A DNA stretch of 64,000 bases from Rhodospirillales bacterium (GTDB lineage Bacteria > Pseudomonadota > Alphaproteobacteria > Bin95): the NCBI GenBank assembly GCA_038143065.1, contig JAYQLI010000035.1:1-64000 (forward strand), given 5' to 3'. Position numbers and translations under genes: made by a program. The notes beneath the pieces were generated by a model. That model searched no databases. It saw only the letters and a list, made by a program, of their open reading frames with translations, and was not told the DNA's origin. Shown here one piece after another: positions 8,901-19,583 of this stretch (positions are counted from its first letter, which is position 1; each line of letters starts with the position of its first letter).

Positions 8901-9849
8901 ATGCCTGAATTAAGTACTCTCGGGGCTGTGAGGCTCAACAATTTAAAATTCCAAGATCCATACACTACAGCTGATGGTTCCACTCGTGCTGCCGTCTCTT
9001 TGAAGCACCTGGAAACATTGTGGTTTAACACTGGAACTTTGTGCAATCTCGCTTGCGAAAATTGCTATATTGAATCCTCGCCAACCAACGATCGGCTCGA
9101 GTATCTGTCGCTCACTGATGTTAAGTTAAAGTTGGATGAAATTCGAGCGCTTAAGCTAAAAGACTCGAGAAATTGGTTTTACGGGCGGTGAGCCTTTTAT
9201 GAATCCCGAAATCATATCCATGCTGGGTATATCGCTGGATAGGGGTTTTGACGTACTGCTGCTGACGAATGCGATGCGGCCAATGCAAAAACATCAGCAA
9301 GTACTTAAGGGCCTGATTGCGGCTTATGAAAGATTGTTTTTTCGCGTATCTCTCGATCACTACAGTGTCGAACTGCATGAGAGGGAACGAGGAAAAAATT
9401 CTTGGGACCCCACGATACGTGGACTCAAATGGCTGTCTGCTGTTGGAGCAAAATTAAGCATAGCAGGGCGGATGTGTTGGGGAGAAGATGAACAGAAAAC
9501 GAGAGAAGGCTTTGGGCGCCTTTTCAGTGAGCTTGGTATTTCAATTGATCCGATGGACCCATCGTCTCTTGTCCTGTTTCCTGAAATGGAAATTTCCAGA
9601 GATGTTCCAGAAATTACGGACGCCTGTTGGAATATTTTGGGAAAGTCTCCAGAGCAAGTGATGTGCTCTAACTCCCGGATGGTTGTGAAGAGAAAGGGGA
9701 AGCTGCAAGCACAGTAGCTTGCACACTGCTCCCCTACGACGACGCGTTTGTGCTCGGAGAAACATTGGCTGGTTCGAATGGACCTGTGCAGTTGAACCAT
9801 CCATATTGTGCCCAGTTTTGTGTCCTAGGGGGCTTCCTGTTCGGCTTGA
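8901..9849 (+). CDS. Radical SAM protein with Cys-rich C-terminus (frameshifted)
   Basis: CNLACENC (CxxxCxxC), TGGEPF across the frameshift, VSLDH, and C-terminal ACTLLPY..HPYCAQFCVLG.SCSA. Confidence 0.85.
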
Positions 9850-9911
9850 CTAGACGAAAGTCATTGAACTGGGTTTCATTGACCGAAAGATCCAAAACGG
9901 AGATTTAAGAT

Positions 9912-10541
9912 ATGCCAATGAAGGCTTTTGACAGTGGGAGTTTTCACGCTGCGCCTTTGGATCGTGCCAATGTGGACACAGACCAACTCATTCCTGCACG
10001 ATTTTTGAAACGACCGCGAGATGAACGTTATTCTAGTTATCTGTTTTATGATGTTCGGAGAACAAATTCAGGTGATATGGATCCCGATTTTGTCTTAAAT
10101 CGTGAACCGTGGGATAATTCAGAGATACTGATTGCCGACCGTAATTTTGGATGCGGCTCTAGCCGTGAAGCAGCGGTGTACGTATTGTTAGATTCTGGTT
10201 TCAGGGCAGTCATAGCACCAAGTTTTGGAGACATTTTTTACTCAAATTCCATGAAAAATGGTTTTTTGCCGATTAGATTATCTACCGAAATCTGCTCAAC
10301 TTTGAGAGAAAGTTTGAGAGCTGGTCAGGGAGGTAAAATTTCCATTGATTTGGGGGCTCAAACTGTTTCCTGCCCACAAGGTGAAAAGTATCACTTCGAA
10401 ATTTCTGCATTCCATAAGCACTGCCTCTTGGAAGGCCTTGATGATATAGGTTTTACGCTTGCCCAGAAGTCAAAAATTGATCTTTCAGATCTCAAGCGTG
10501 ATAAAAATATGCCCTGGTTTAAGCCATCAACTGCAGTATGA
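9912..10541 (+). CDS. leuD: 3-isopropylmalate dehydratase small subunit (LeuD family, possibly a paralog)
   Basis: [40 protein letters not shown]. Confidence 0.85.
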   Translation: MPMKAFDSGSFHAAPLDRANVDTDQLIPARFLKRPRDERYSSYLFYDVRRTNSGDMDPDFVLNREPWDNSEILIADRNFGCGSSREAAVYVLLDSGFRAVIAPSFGDIFYSNSMKNGFLPIRLSTEICSTLRESLRAGQGGKISIDLGAQTVSCPQGEKYHFEISAFHKHCLLEGLDDIGFTLAQKSKIDLSDLKRDKNMPWFKPSTAV

Positions 10542-11583
10542 CCGTATTTTCAGATTCAAATTTTAAGGACCATGAACAAGTCCTTTTTGTTTCGGACATA
10601 GATTCTGGACTAAAGGCTATAATTGCTATCCATTCGACCAAGCTCGGGCCCGCACATGGGGGTGCCGTTTTTGGGATTACCGCTCAGACGCTGATGCTCT
10701 TGCTGATGTACTTCGTCTTTCGCGTGGAATGACGTATAAATCAGCACTTGCCCGGCTTCCTCTAGGTGGAGGTAAGTGCGTTGTTCTTGGTGAAGCTTCG
10801 ACGGTTAAGACCCCCGCACTTCTTCGGGCTTTGGGTAGGGCTATTGAACAGCTTGATGGGCGTTATATCACAGCAGAAGATATTGGCGTAAAGCCTGCTG
10901 ACTTGCGCTTTGTGGCAGAGGAAACTGAATATGTCGCTGGTTTGCCAGAACGGTCTGGTGACCCTTCGCCGATAACCGCTCTTGGTGTTTTTGAAGGGAT
11001 TAAAACAGCCGTACGATTTCGTCTTGGCGCGGACTATCTTGCTGGAGTTACTGTTGCAATTCAGGGACTTGGTGCTGTTGGGAGAGCTTTGGCTAATCAG
11101 TTGCAAGTGGCTGGTGCTAGAATAATTGTTGCTGACATAAACGAGATGGCAGTCGCTTCTGCTATAAGAGATCTAGGTGCTGAGGCAGTGTCGGTTGATG
11201 AAATATATAATGTTAATGCTGATGTATTCGCGCCATGCGCACTTGGCGCCGTCCTTCAAGACGAAACAATTCCCCAACTCAAGGTAAGTGTAATAGCTGG
11301 TTCTGCTAATAACCAACTTGCTACCGCTGATCACGGTAAATTAATTCGAGACAGAGGTATCCTTTATGCTCCCGATTATGCGATCAACGCTGGTGGAATT
11401 ATAAATATAGCCTTCGAAGATAGAGCGACGGGGACTTATGATCGAGTTGGAGCTCTTGCTGCTGTTGGAAGAATAGAAGCTACTTTAGAAGAAATCTTTA
11501 CCCGGGCTGAAAATGACGGGCGAGCTACCAATGAAATCGCCGATGAGATGGCAGAAGAACTTCTCGCACAGGCGACAGAGTAA
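10538..11583 (+). CDS. Glu/Leu/Phe/Val dehydrogenase (leucine dehydrogenase-like), frameshifted
   Basis: [64 protein letters not shown]. Confidence 0.9.
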
Positions 11584-11613
11584 TTAAGAACAGTTGAAGG
11601 AGATCATCCTAAA

Positions 11614-12754
11614 ATGACTTCGATATCACCTCTCTCTGAATTCGTTATAGTTGAACTTGGTCATAACGTTGCGGGGCCCGTAGGAGGCCAAATTTTGGCT
11701 GAGTTAGGGGCAAGGGTTATCAAGGTTGAGGACCCTGAAAGGGGTGACGCTGCGCGCCATTGGCCTCCGGTTAAAGATGATAGCAGCGTTGTCTATCAAG
11801 CTCTTAACCGCTCTAAGGATGGGGTAACTGTTGACTTTACTGACCCCAACCAACTTTGTGATTTGAAAAAACTGATTTTCGAACACGCAGATGCTGTTAT
11901 ACAAAATTTGAGGCCCGGGGTTGTAGAGAAATTTGGTCTAGACGCTGATACTCTTAGAAGTGAAAAACCAGCTCTTATTTATTGCAATATTGGTGCTTAT
12001 GGAGCGGTTGGGCCAATGGCTGGTAAGCCAGGTTATGATGTGTTGATGCAGGGTTATGGCGGATTGATGAGTGTTCAGGGTGAGCCTGGTGGACCACCAA
12101 TGCGCGCTGGCGCCTCTATAAATGATATTGGTACAGGGATGTGGGCTGCAATATCAATTCAGGCAGCTTTGTTAGAGCGCGCTCGAACTGGGGGAAGGTG
12201 GTGTTATAGATCTGTCGTTGTATGAGACGGCCCTGAGCTGGATATCAATTCACCTTGCTTCTTATATGGCAACAGGTAAGGCTGAAGGTAAGCAGGGCTC
12301 TGGCAACGCCTATATTACGCCGTATCAGGCATTTCGAGCTAGAGATGGTCATCTCATGATAGGAGCAGCAAACGACGCATTGTTTGCTAAAGCGGCCGCG
12401 GTACTTGGTCGACCCGATTGGTCTGAGGGCCCAAAATTTTCGAAAAATGCAGATCGTGTGGCTAGACGAGCTGACTTGGTGCCAATGATTGAGGCAGAAC
12501 TTGCTAGAGATGATGTCCTGTCATGGGTGGCTAAATTCGACGCTGTAGGGGTACCAGCGTGTCCAATTCGCAACGTTGAGGAGGTTGCAAATTGTCCACA
12601 GACAGCAGCACTTGGCCTGGCTCAAACATCACCCGATGATCAATCACTCCGCCTCTTAGGTCTTCCGCTTTCTATCAATGGAACTAGACCCCCTATGCGT
12701 AAATCTCCTCCAACGCTAGGGCGCGATAATAAAAATATCTTTGGGCGCGACTGA
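11614..12754 (+). CDS. CaiB/BaiF family (class III) CoA-transferase, frameshifted
   Basis: VAGP...LAELGARVIKVE, LNRSK, NLRPG, PGYD, PYQAF.ARDG. Confidence 0.9.
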
Positions 12755-12770
12755 GAATTTATGGGCAACC

Positions 12771-12799
12771 TTGCGGCTGTAATACTTAGGCGCTATGTC
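12771..12799 (+). promoter_or_regulatory. Putative sigma70 promoter of tRNA-Pro
   Basis: TTGCGG-N17-TATGTC (GCTA-type -10 element) ending 15 bp before the tRNA, with a GC-rich discriminator. Confidence 0.4.
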
Positions 12800-12814
12800 G
12801 CGCGCCTCGCGCAA

Positions 12815-12891
12815 CGGAGTGTAGCTCAGCCTGGTAGAGCACTGTCGTCGGGAGGCAGGGGCCGCAGGTTCAAATCTTGCCACTCCGACCA
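12815..12891 (+). tRNA. tRNA-Pro (CGG)
   Basis: CGGAGTGTAGCTCAGCCTGGTAGAGCACTGTCGTCGGGAGGCAGGGGCCGCAGGTTCAAATCTTGCCACTCCGACCA: 77 nt, CGG anticodon, encoded CCA. Confidence 0.95.
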
Positions 12892-13111
12892 TTGTTGACA
12901 GGATTTACTAGCTAACTTTTGCCCGTTTACAGTTATTTGCCGCTCATATTTGTCTAGAATGTTGTCAAAGATCGGATTTTCGGGGGTCTTAAACCGATTA
13001 CCATCTTTACGTAGGCCTCCGTTGGCGGCATTGTGCGGCCCTGGAATCAGCGCTGTGTCTCAGGGCCAGCCTCTTCAAATGAATCGAAACGTGTGACGGA
13101 AGCAGGATCTT

Positions 13112-14482
13112 ATGATTGATCTTATGAAAATTGCTCGTACGGAAGCCGATGGTGGTGACCTTCTGGGCGAACTTGGTAATCTTTTTGAGCCGGCGGATGT
13201 GCGGCCTGATGGCTATCCAGATGCTATAATCTGGAAGGGTGGAAACCATAATGGTAAAGCTGAGCCTGTTGCTCACTCATTAACGGATGCATATGCCCTA
13301 CTTGGGACAATTGCTGCGATAGATATATTGCAATTGCCGTTCTATGCAGTCCCAATGTGGTCTCAGATCCGTCATGATAAGAAGCTAGAGCCTCTGGCTT
13401 GGTTTGGGAACATGCCTGTCACCTCGATCAAATGGTCGACGGCCGGTGATGCATACGTCAATGACGGCAACGGCGGAAAAGTTGTTGTTATGGGTAAGTC
13501 TGGTAATGCACCTTTGCGTACGCAAGCTGGTGTGTACTGCAACGTACGCCCATACGGGCCGATTACCGCTGTACGCTGTATGCCCTGCCTTCCTTATTCT
13601 CAGGATAGAGCTAAGTTCAACGTTGATCCAAAGTCAGGGATCGTCCACTCAGAGATGAATTCTCCAGGTGTTCAAATGGCATATGCAAACCGTCTTTTCT
13701 TAAAGATGGTAAACGATACTGGCCGCGTTGGCCGCGTTGCAATGAAACCAACCCAGGCTATGGAAGATGGTATCAACGCTGGTTTGCACTCCTTCATGTT
13801 GTCTAAAACTAAAATGGATGTTGGTCGAAAGTATGCAGTCGACCCATATGTAGAGCATAAGGATCGTATTGACGCGATTGTGGCTCTCCTACCTGATGGC
13901 TTTTTCGATGGTATGGACCAGTGGACAGGCAAAATTGAGCAACATATCTCCGATACCAATTACGGGATCTTGATTTGGGATTTGATCAATAAGCAAGACA
14001 CAATTGTTCTTGCTACTGACCTGGACGGTGACAGATTAACTGATCTTATGGCTGATATCTCAGATCCGTTACGTGCGTTCGGAGACATGGTTCTAAAGCA
14101 TGTTGGAAACGACAAGCGGATGAGTAATCTATGGAGCGATATGGGTTACACTACCGGTAATGGTCGTGACATGACTAGTGTCATGCATCGCATGTCTGGC
14201 CCACCCATTCATGAGCAGACTTTAGGGTCAGCCGATGCCATGTTGCTCAGGCTTTTAGATGGTGATGAGAGCATGGGAGGCACAAAGCAGCCCTATGACC
14301 CTCGAATTCACTTCGTACTAATCCGTGATGCATATCTAGATGCAAACCCTGGTAATGCAGCTGTTAAAGCTTATCTCGACGATGCATTGGCAAAGTTTGA
14401 TAAAATTTACACTGATACCAGGCCGGGTTTCTTAGAGGGATATAAGCAGCTTAAGGAAGCAATAACTCCTTGGGGTGCTTAA
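13112..14482 (+). CDS. Highly divergent isocitrate dehydrogenase-like (beta-decarboxylating dehydrogenase family) protein
   Basis: SGNAPLRTQAGVYCNVRP has S/N/R/R at the spacing of E. coli IDH S113/N115/R119/R129. RCMPCLPY matches R153/Y160, DLDGDRLTD matches D307/D311, and HEQTLGSA resembles FEATHGTA. Intact 456-aa ORF. Confidence 0.65.
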   Translation: MIDLMKIARTEADGGDLLGELGNLFEPADVRPDGYPDAIIWKGGNHNGKAEPVAHSLTDAYALLGTIAAIDILQLPFYAVPMWSQIRHDKKLEPLAWFGNMPVTSIKWSTAGDAYVNDGNGGKVVVMGKSGNAPLRTQAGVYCNVRPYGPITAVRCMPCLPYSQDRAKFNVDPKSGIVHSEMNSPGVQMAYANRLFLKMVNDTGRVGRVAMKPTQAMEDGINAGLHSFMLSKTKMDVGRKYAVDPYVEHKDRIDAIVALLPDGFFDGMDQWTGKIEQHISDTNYGILIWDLINKQDTIVLATDLDGDRLTDLMADISDPLRAFGDMVLKHVGNDKRMSNLWSDMGYTTGNGRDMTSVMHRMSGPPIHEQTLGSADAMLLRLLDGDESMGGTKQPYDPRIHFVLIRDAYLDANPGNAAVKAYLDDALAKFDKIYTDTRPGFLEGYKQLKEAITPWGA

Positions 14483-14506
14483 GACACTAAGTATTACTCA
14501 CTTGTT

Positions 14507-14544
14507 ATCCGCTCGAGGTAAATTGCCTCGGGCGGATTTTTTTT
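14507..14544 (+). terminator. Rho-independent terminator
   Basis: ATCCGCTCGAGGTA-AAT-TGCCTCGGGCGGAT followed by a T-run. Confidence 0.85.
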
Positions 14545-14558
14545 AGGTAATAAAAAAT

Positions 14559-15499
14559 TCAGGCTCCTGTTCCTGCAGGCCTCCGTTTAAAGATGACGCC
14601 AGTGGTTTGACCAAGAGCTACTCCACCTATGACCATTGCGGCTCCAAAAATTTGCATTGGCGCCAGAAAATCATCAAGAAAAATGGCTGAAAACGCAGCG
14701 CCGAATACTGGCGATAGATAAAGATAGAGAACCATTTTGGGAGGCCAAGACGGCCAAGTCCCCCAGACCATGCAGCATTGCCAAGGCATCCAACGATTAA
14801 CGCTAAGTGTAAAAATCCAAGACCTACTTCTAAATCGATCTGGCCCCAAGAACCATCGGTAATACCAGGCCAAGCTAGAGGTAATAGGAGCAATGCTCCG
14901 AAAATTGCTGCCCAACCGGTTGTTGTCCATGCTCCTAGTCGTACTACGTAAGGCCTGGAGAGAAGTCCAAAGAGTGCCCAGACTGCTGCAATCATAACGA
15001 AAAGTATATCGCCGATAGTGGAGCTGGTGATGCTGGTACTCAGAGGATTGAATCCATTATTTACCACTAAATATACCCCGGCGAATGCTACTACAGCACC
15101 CACCCAGATTAGTTTGCCAACACTTTGTCCCGCGAGCCGAGAGAAGATTGCACCAAATATTGGAGTTGTAGCTATCAAAATTACAGCTTTTGAAGGGGTC
15201 GTGTATTGAAGTGCAATACCCCAAACTCCCTGAAATATCCCGTAGCCAAGTAAGCCTAAACACCCAAGAGCTAATGCGTCTTTTGCCGATACTCTTACGC
15301 GTTGGCCAAACCCTTTTGCCAATAGAAGCATCAAAGATCCAGCAATTAGATATCTTAAGCAGGAAAAAGAAAGTGGATCGACCGTGCTGACAACTTGTTT
15401 GCCAACCGGATAGGCACTTCCAAAAGTAATGGCCACGAACAGCCCCATTAAGTGACCAGATAATTGTCCCTGAACAAAGTGGCTTTGCTTTTCTGACAA
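14559..15499 (-). CDS. DMT/EamA family transporter (frameshift near C-terminus)
   Basis: About 10 TM helices; LRYLIAG, ALQYTTPSKA, YLSPVFGAAFSAIFL. Confidence 0.85.
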
Positions 15500-15640
15500 G
15501 GGTGCTGCACCAATTCGATAAAGACCTGATTATGGCTAGTTTGATCTCCAACCACTGGCGCTGCAAGAGTTGCTTTACGACAACTCGAATTGCTTTACGT
15601 TAGTTTTTTCAAATCCCGTTCATTTGTATTGGTTTTATCC

Positions 15641-16526
15641 ATGCTTTTGCGTTTAGCTCCATTTATTTTTGTGTTGATTTGGAGTGGTGCATTTGTTGCT
15701 GCGCGAGGTGGTCTGCCAGATTTTACGCCTTGGGCCATTTTGACGTGCCGGTTTTTTGTAGCCGCTATGCTACTTGCTGCGCTTGCCTTGCTAATTAAAG
15801 AGAATGAGCCTGATTGGCGAGCTTACAAAGAACGTTGGGTGGGAGTTGTTGGTGCTGGCATCCTAATGAATGGGCTATATTTAGGCTTGTTTTTTACTGC
15901 AATGCTTGAGCTCCCAGCAGCAAACGTTGCTCTTATTGGATCTTTGACACCATTGCTTACAGCAGCGCTCTCGGGCCCGATTTTAGGCGAGCATTTTAAG
16001 CCATCGCAGTGGGTAGGTTTTGTGCTTGGAATTATTGGTGTCTCTTTTGTGGTCGGTATCGACTACCTAACCCTAGACGCCGGCACTGGAATAATGGCTG
16101 CGTTAGTTGGCGTGGTGTCGTTAACTCTAGGCACGCTTTGGCACGCCCGTGTAGCTCGAGGGCTACCTTTGTTGGCTACAAATTCCTTTGCAGATGGCTG
16201 CCTCTGCAGTCTTTTGTTTTTTTATAATGCTGGTGGCAGAAGAACCTAGGATTGAATTTACTCAAGCAAGTATCATTGCTTTTGCTTACCTAACTGTTGG
16301 TGTTTCGTTAGGGGCAATGGGACTTTATCTTCTAATGTTGCGCCATGGTGCAGCCGGCAAGGTTGCAGCGAATTTCTATCTTACCCCAGGTACAGCGGCT
16401 GTACTTGCTTTTATCATCTTAGGAGAGACCCTTGCTTGGGAGGCGCTGGTTGGGCTTTTCGCTGCCACGCTAGGTGTTTGGCTTGTCCAGAAGCCAAGTT
16501 TCTTGAAAGACAATTCACGGTCATAG
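15641..16526 (+). CDS. DMT/EamA family transporter (frameshifted)
   Basis: FVLIWSGAF, RFFVAA, LTPLLTA..LGE, FYLTPGTA..ILGE. Confidence 0.85.
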
Positions 16527-16567
16527 CGATAAAATCGGACAAAACCATAAGGTGTCAGGAGGAAAGA

Positions 16568-17407
16568 ATGACGATTATTGATAGCCAAATTCATGCATAC
16601 GAAGCGAATACTCCCGCACGTCCTTGGAACACAGTGCCCAATTGGCCGCCACACGTAACTGGTGATGAGATGGTCCAGGCAATGGATGCTGTTGGAGTGG
16701 ACGGAGCAATATTTGTATCGGCCTTTTCGCTTTATAGGTTCGACGCTAGCTATGCTGTCGAGGTCCAAAAACAGCATCCAAATAAGTTTGCTTTGGTTAA
16801 GCCGGTAGATACCACGAAGGGCAACGTAGGTGAGGTGGTTGATGAATGGAAAAATCAGCCTGGTGCTGTAGGTATTCGGGTAATGCTGACACATGGACCT
16901 GAATTCAGTCCCGGCAATCCTGGAATGTCAGTCGCAATGCATGCCGCTGCAAAGAACGACCTTCCAGTAAACATGCTGTGTTGGGGTGAAATCGATAAAG
17001 GAATTGCGATGGTTGATAGCTATCCCAATACTCGGTTTGTTATCGACCACATTGGTATTTTGCAGCCTAGAACGCCTCCAGTGCCTGACAATCCCTGGGC
17101 TGATTTAGATGCGGTGTTGTCGCTTGCAAGCCGCAAGAATGTAGTCATAAAAATTAGTGGGGCATGTACCCTCTCAAAGGAAAGAGCGCCCAATTTCAGT
17201 GATATTTGGGATCCATTGGCCCAAATATTTGACACTTGGGGAATGGATAGATGCCTCTGGGGAACTGATTGGACCCGTGCGCATGCTGTTGTCTCTTATG
17301 AAGACGGGGTTAAACCATTCATTGAAACAACGTGCCTTTCTGATAGTGACAGAGAAATGCTAATGGGGGGTGCAGCTGCAAAGGCGTATGGTTGGTCGCC
17401 AAAATAA
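16568..17407 (+). CDS. Amidohydrolase family 2 protein
   Basis: IIDSQIHAY, VIDHIG, VIKISG, WGTDW; GGAAAG-like RBS before the ATG at 16568. Confidence 0.85.
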   Translation: MTIIDSQIHAYEANTPARPWNTVPNWPPHVTGDEMVQAMDAVGVDGAIFVSAFSLYRFDASYAVEVQKQHPNKFALVKPVDTTKGNVGEVVDEWKNQPGAVGIRVMLTHGPEFSPGNPGMSVAMHAAAKNDLPVNMLCWGEIDKGIAMVDSYPNTRFVIDHIGILQPRTPPVPDNPWADLDAVLSLASRKNVVIKISGACTLSKERAPNFSDIWDPLAQIFDTWGMDRCLWGTDWTRAHAVVSYEDGVKPFIETTCLSDSDREMLMGGAAAKAYGWSPK

Positions 17408-17617
17408 AAAAATTTTATTAACTTTGTCCTTGTTCCCCCAAGATCTCTGCTTGAAACGCAACTACAGCGCAGATAATTGGGGAACACAAAGCAACACCTA
17501 CTCTGCTGCCACCTTTGTGCTGTTTGCCTGCCATGATTGAACAACAAGAATAGCCTGTTCTGCTATTGCATACGGTGTTCCGCCAAAGCTTACTCTAAAT
17601 TGTATGGTAATTCCTTC

Positions 17618-17968
17618 CTAGTCGATCGGCACGAAAATTGAGTGGCGAAGTTTACCATTCAGTGCTTTCGAGAAATGTCCTTTCCCGTACGTGTCCTCAA
17701 CTAAAATGACTTCGCCTGCTTCTATAATCCGTGTCTCACCATCACTGGCCTGAATAGAGACCCCAGCGTCCAGATTAATAATATATTGACGACGAGGAGC
17801 AGGATGCCATTCATAGTCATAATCGCCTGGTGTCTCTCGAAAAATAATCCCGCTGGCGGGAAAAGTCTCAGAAGTTCTTCCCCCCCGTCCTTGGTTTTTC
17901 CATTCAATTTCTATATCCCGGAAGTGGGTCTCACCATCCTCGTCGACATAAAGATTGTGAATGCGCAT
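17618..17968 (-). CDS. Cupin-fold protein
   Basis: YVDEDGETHF, WHPAPRRQY, GEVILVEDTYGKGH. Confidence 0.75.
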   Translation of the reverse strand: MRIHNLYVDEDGETHFRDIEIEWKNQGRGGRTSETFPASGIIFRETPGDYDYEWHPAPRRQYIINLDAGVSIQASDGETRIIEAGEVILVEDTYGKGHFSKALNGKLRHSIFVPID

Positions 17969-17980
17969 TCTTCTCTCCGA

Positions 17981-18358
17981 CTAGTCCGTTGTCTTGGTCG
18001 ACTGCCAAGCAACCATGCGCCACTGACCACCTTGGTTTTCCCATACATCTGTAAAGCGAACACCAAATTTGAGAGCTTTACCGCCCGAGTTCACGGATAT
18101 CTGTGCCTTTCCAGTTAGCACTACAACATTATTTCCAAGTTCTTGTGCTTTAACTTCTGATGGCACTACCGATTCATAAACTGTAGCTCCAGATTTCATA
18201 TTACCGATTAGACTTTCCTTCGTATCTAAGCGGGCGGAGGAATGGGTATAGATTAAGTTTTTACAGATAATTTTTTGCAGCTTTTCGGTGTCGCTCGCTG
18301 CCATTGCATCCATACGTTCTTTGTCGAGTGCTATCACTAGATCACTATTACTACTCAT
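17981..18358 (-). CDS. DUF4440 / NTF2-like (SnoaL-like) protein
   Basis: LIYTHSSARLDTK...RFTDVW..GQWRMVAWQST. Confidence 0.8.
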   Translation of the reverse strand: MSSNSDLVIALDKERMDAMAASDTEKLQKIICKNLIYTHSSARLDTKESLIGNMKSGATVYESVVPSEVKAQELGNNVVVLTGKAQISVNSGGKALKFGVRFTDVWENQGGQWRMVAWQSTKTTD

Positions 18359-18402
18359 TACTTATACTCCTTTGTCATAACCCTTTAGTTTCTGTAATTA
18401 TT

Positions 18403-19431
18403 TTAACCACCGTGGTTGAGGTTTCCTGCAGCTAAGTTTTGAAGTGCATCATAAATTTTTCTCTCTATCTCTATACCTTCTTTAAGACGCTTAGCTCGTT
18501 CTTGCATGCTGCGTTCTCCAGGAATTCTAATTTCAGTTATTCCGGGTTGGCGCGGTGTCGCTTTGATGGTTTCAATTCTATTTGAAACCTCGCGGCGATA
18601 ATCTTCCAATGGCATGAATAGATCTGGTTTGATTGCTATAAATAAATATCCGGTCTGTGTATTTTCGGGTCTAATGCCGCCCGCTAAAGCACCGATTGCA
18701 TCCATAGCTAGAGCTAGTCCAAATCCTTTATAACCTCCAGTAGAGCCACCGAACGGGAGAATGGCACCTTCCTTTGCTTCGCTGGCATTTATAGTTGGCT
18801 CACCACTTGGTCCAATGGCAACATCTTCGGGCAAGGTGGCGCCAATGCGTTCACGAAATTGTAGATCTGTCCCCATGAATGCTGAGGTTCCCATGTCAAT
18901 CACCAGAGGGTTGGTTGATGTGGGAAAACCAAAGGCTATTGGGTTTGTGCCAAGTGAACGAGCAGCACCACCAAAGGGAGCTACCCATGATGGGGCAGAC
19001 ACAGTATGCATAGCCACCAAACCGGCTTTCGCAATCATCTCGCAATAGAGGGCACTACGTCCTGTCATCCAAGTATTTCCAAGGCATACAATCGATAGGC
19101 CGTTTGTCTCAGCGCGCTCTATTGCAATTTCAGATGCACGATAGGCAGCAACCATTCCATTTTCCCAACCCCCATCAACAAGTACAGCGGCTCCGTTGTC
19201 TTTAACGATGGTAATAGGTCTTCGGTCATCCTTAAAATGTGGGTCGTCAACTACATTCAGAAGTTTTGGTAGTCCAGAATACTCGTAACCTGATAGTGCT
19301 GCGTCCATCGCGTGTTCTGCTAGAATGCGAGCTTCATCGTGAGCATAGCCTGCACCTTTCATTGCCGCTTCCGCTAGCATTTGACCTTCTTCTGCGGTCA
19401 GTTTTACTTTTCCGTTTGATACGCTGGCCAT
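18403..19431 (-). CDS. Ldh_2 family oxidoreductase (malate/L-lactate/sulfolactate dehydrogenase type 2)
   Basis: VAPFGG...GTNPIAFGFP, IDMGTSA, GYKGFGLAL, RIPGE. The family's usual SHG motif reads YSG. Confidence 0.85.
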   Translation of the reverse strand: MASVSNGKVKLTAEEGQMLAEAAMKGAGYAHDEARILAEHAMDAALSGYEYSGLPKLLNVVDDPHFKDDRRPITIVKDNGAAVLVDGGWENGMVAAYRASEIAIERAETNGLSIVCLGNTWMTGRSALYCEMIAKAGLVAMHTVSAPSWVAPFGGAARSLGTNPIAFGFPTSTNPLVIDMGTSAFMGTDLQFRERIGATLPEDVAIGPSGEPTINASEAKEGAILPFGGSTGGYKGFGLALAMDAIGALAGGIRPENTQTGYLFIAIKPDLFMPLEDYRREVSNRIETIKATPRQPGITEIRIPGERSMQERAKRLKEGIEIERKIYDALQNLAAGNLNHGG

Positions 19432-19583
19432 TAGATGCCTTACCCCTTGCGCCTTGCCAAAGATGAAACCTAACGACAGGCTGCAATCCGGCATCGAAAG
19501 ATTGGTTTAAATCGGCTAATTAAACCAGTCTAAAATCGTCAGTTAATTTTCAAGGTAGGTAAGTTGAGAGAAGGAGATCATGT

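Noticed and set aside
9847-9849. TGA after the Cys-rich tail of the radical SAM gene as selenocysteine
   Set aside because: The terminal SC motif already has Cys, and another TGA follows within six codons; this is an ordinary stop.
12892-13111. Island integrated at tRNA-Pro
   Set aside because: No integrase follows and I found no repeat of the tRNA 3' end downstream.
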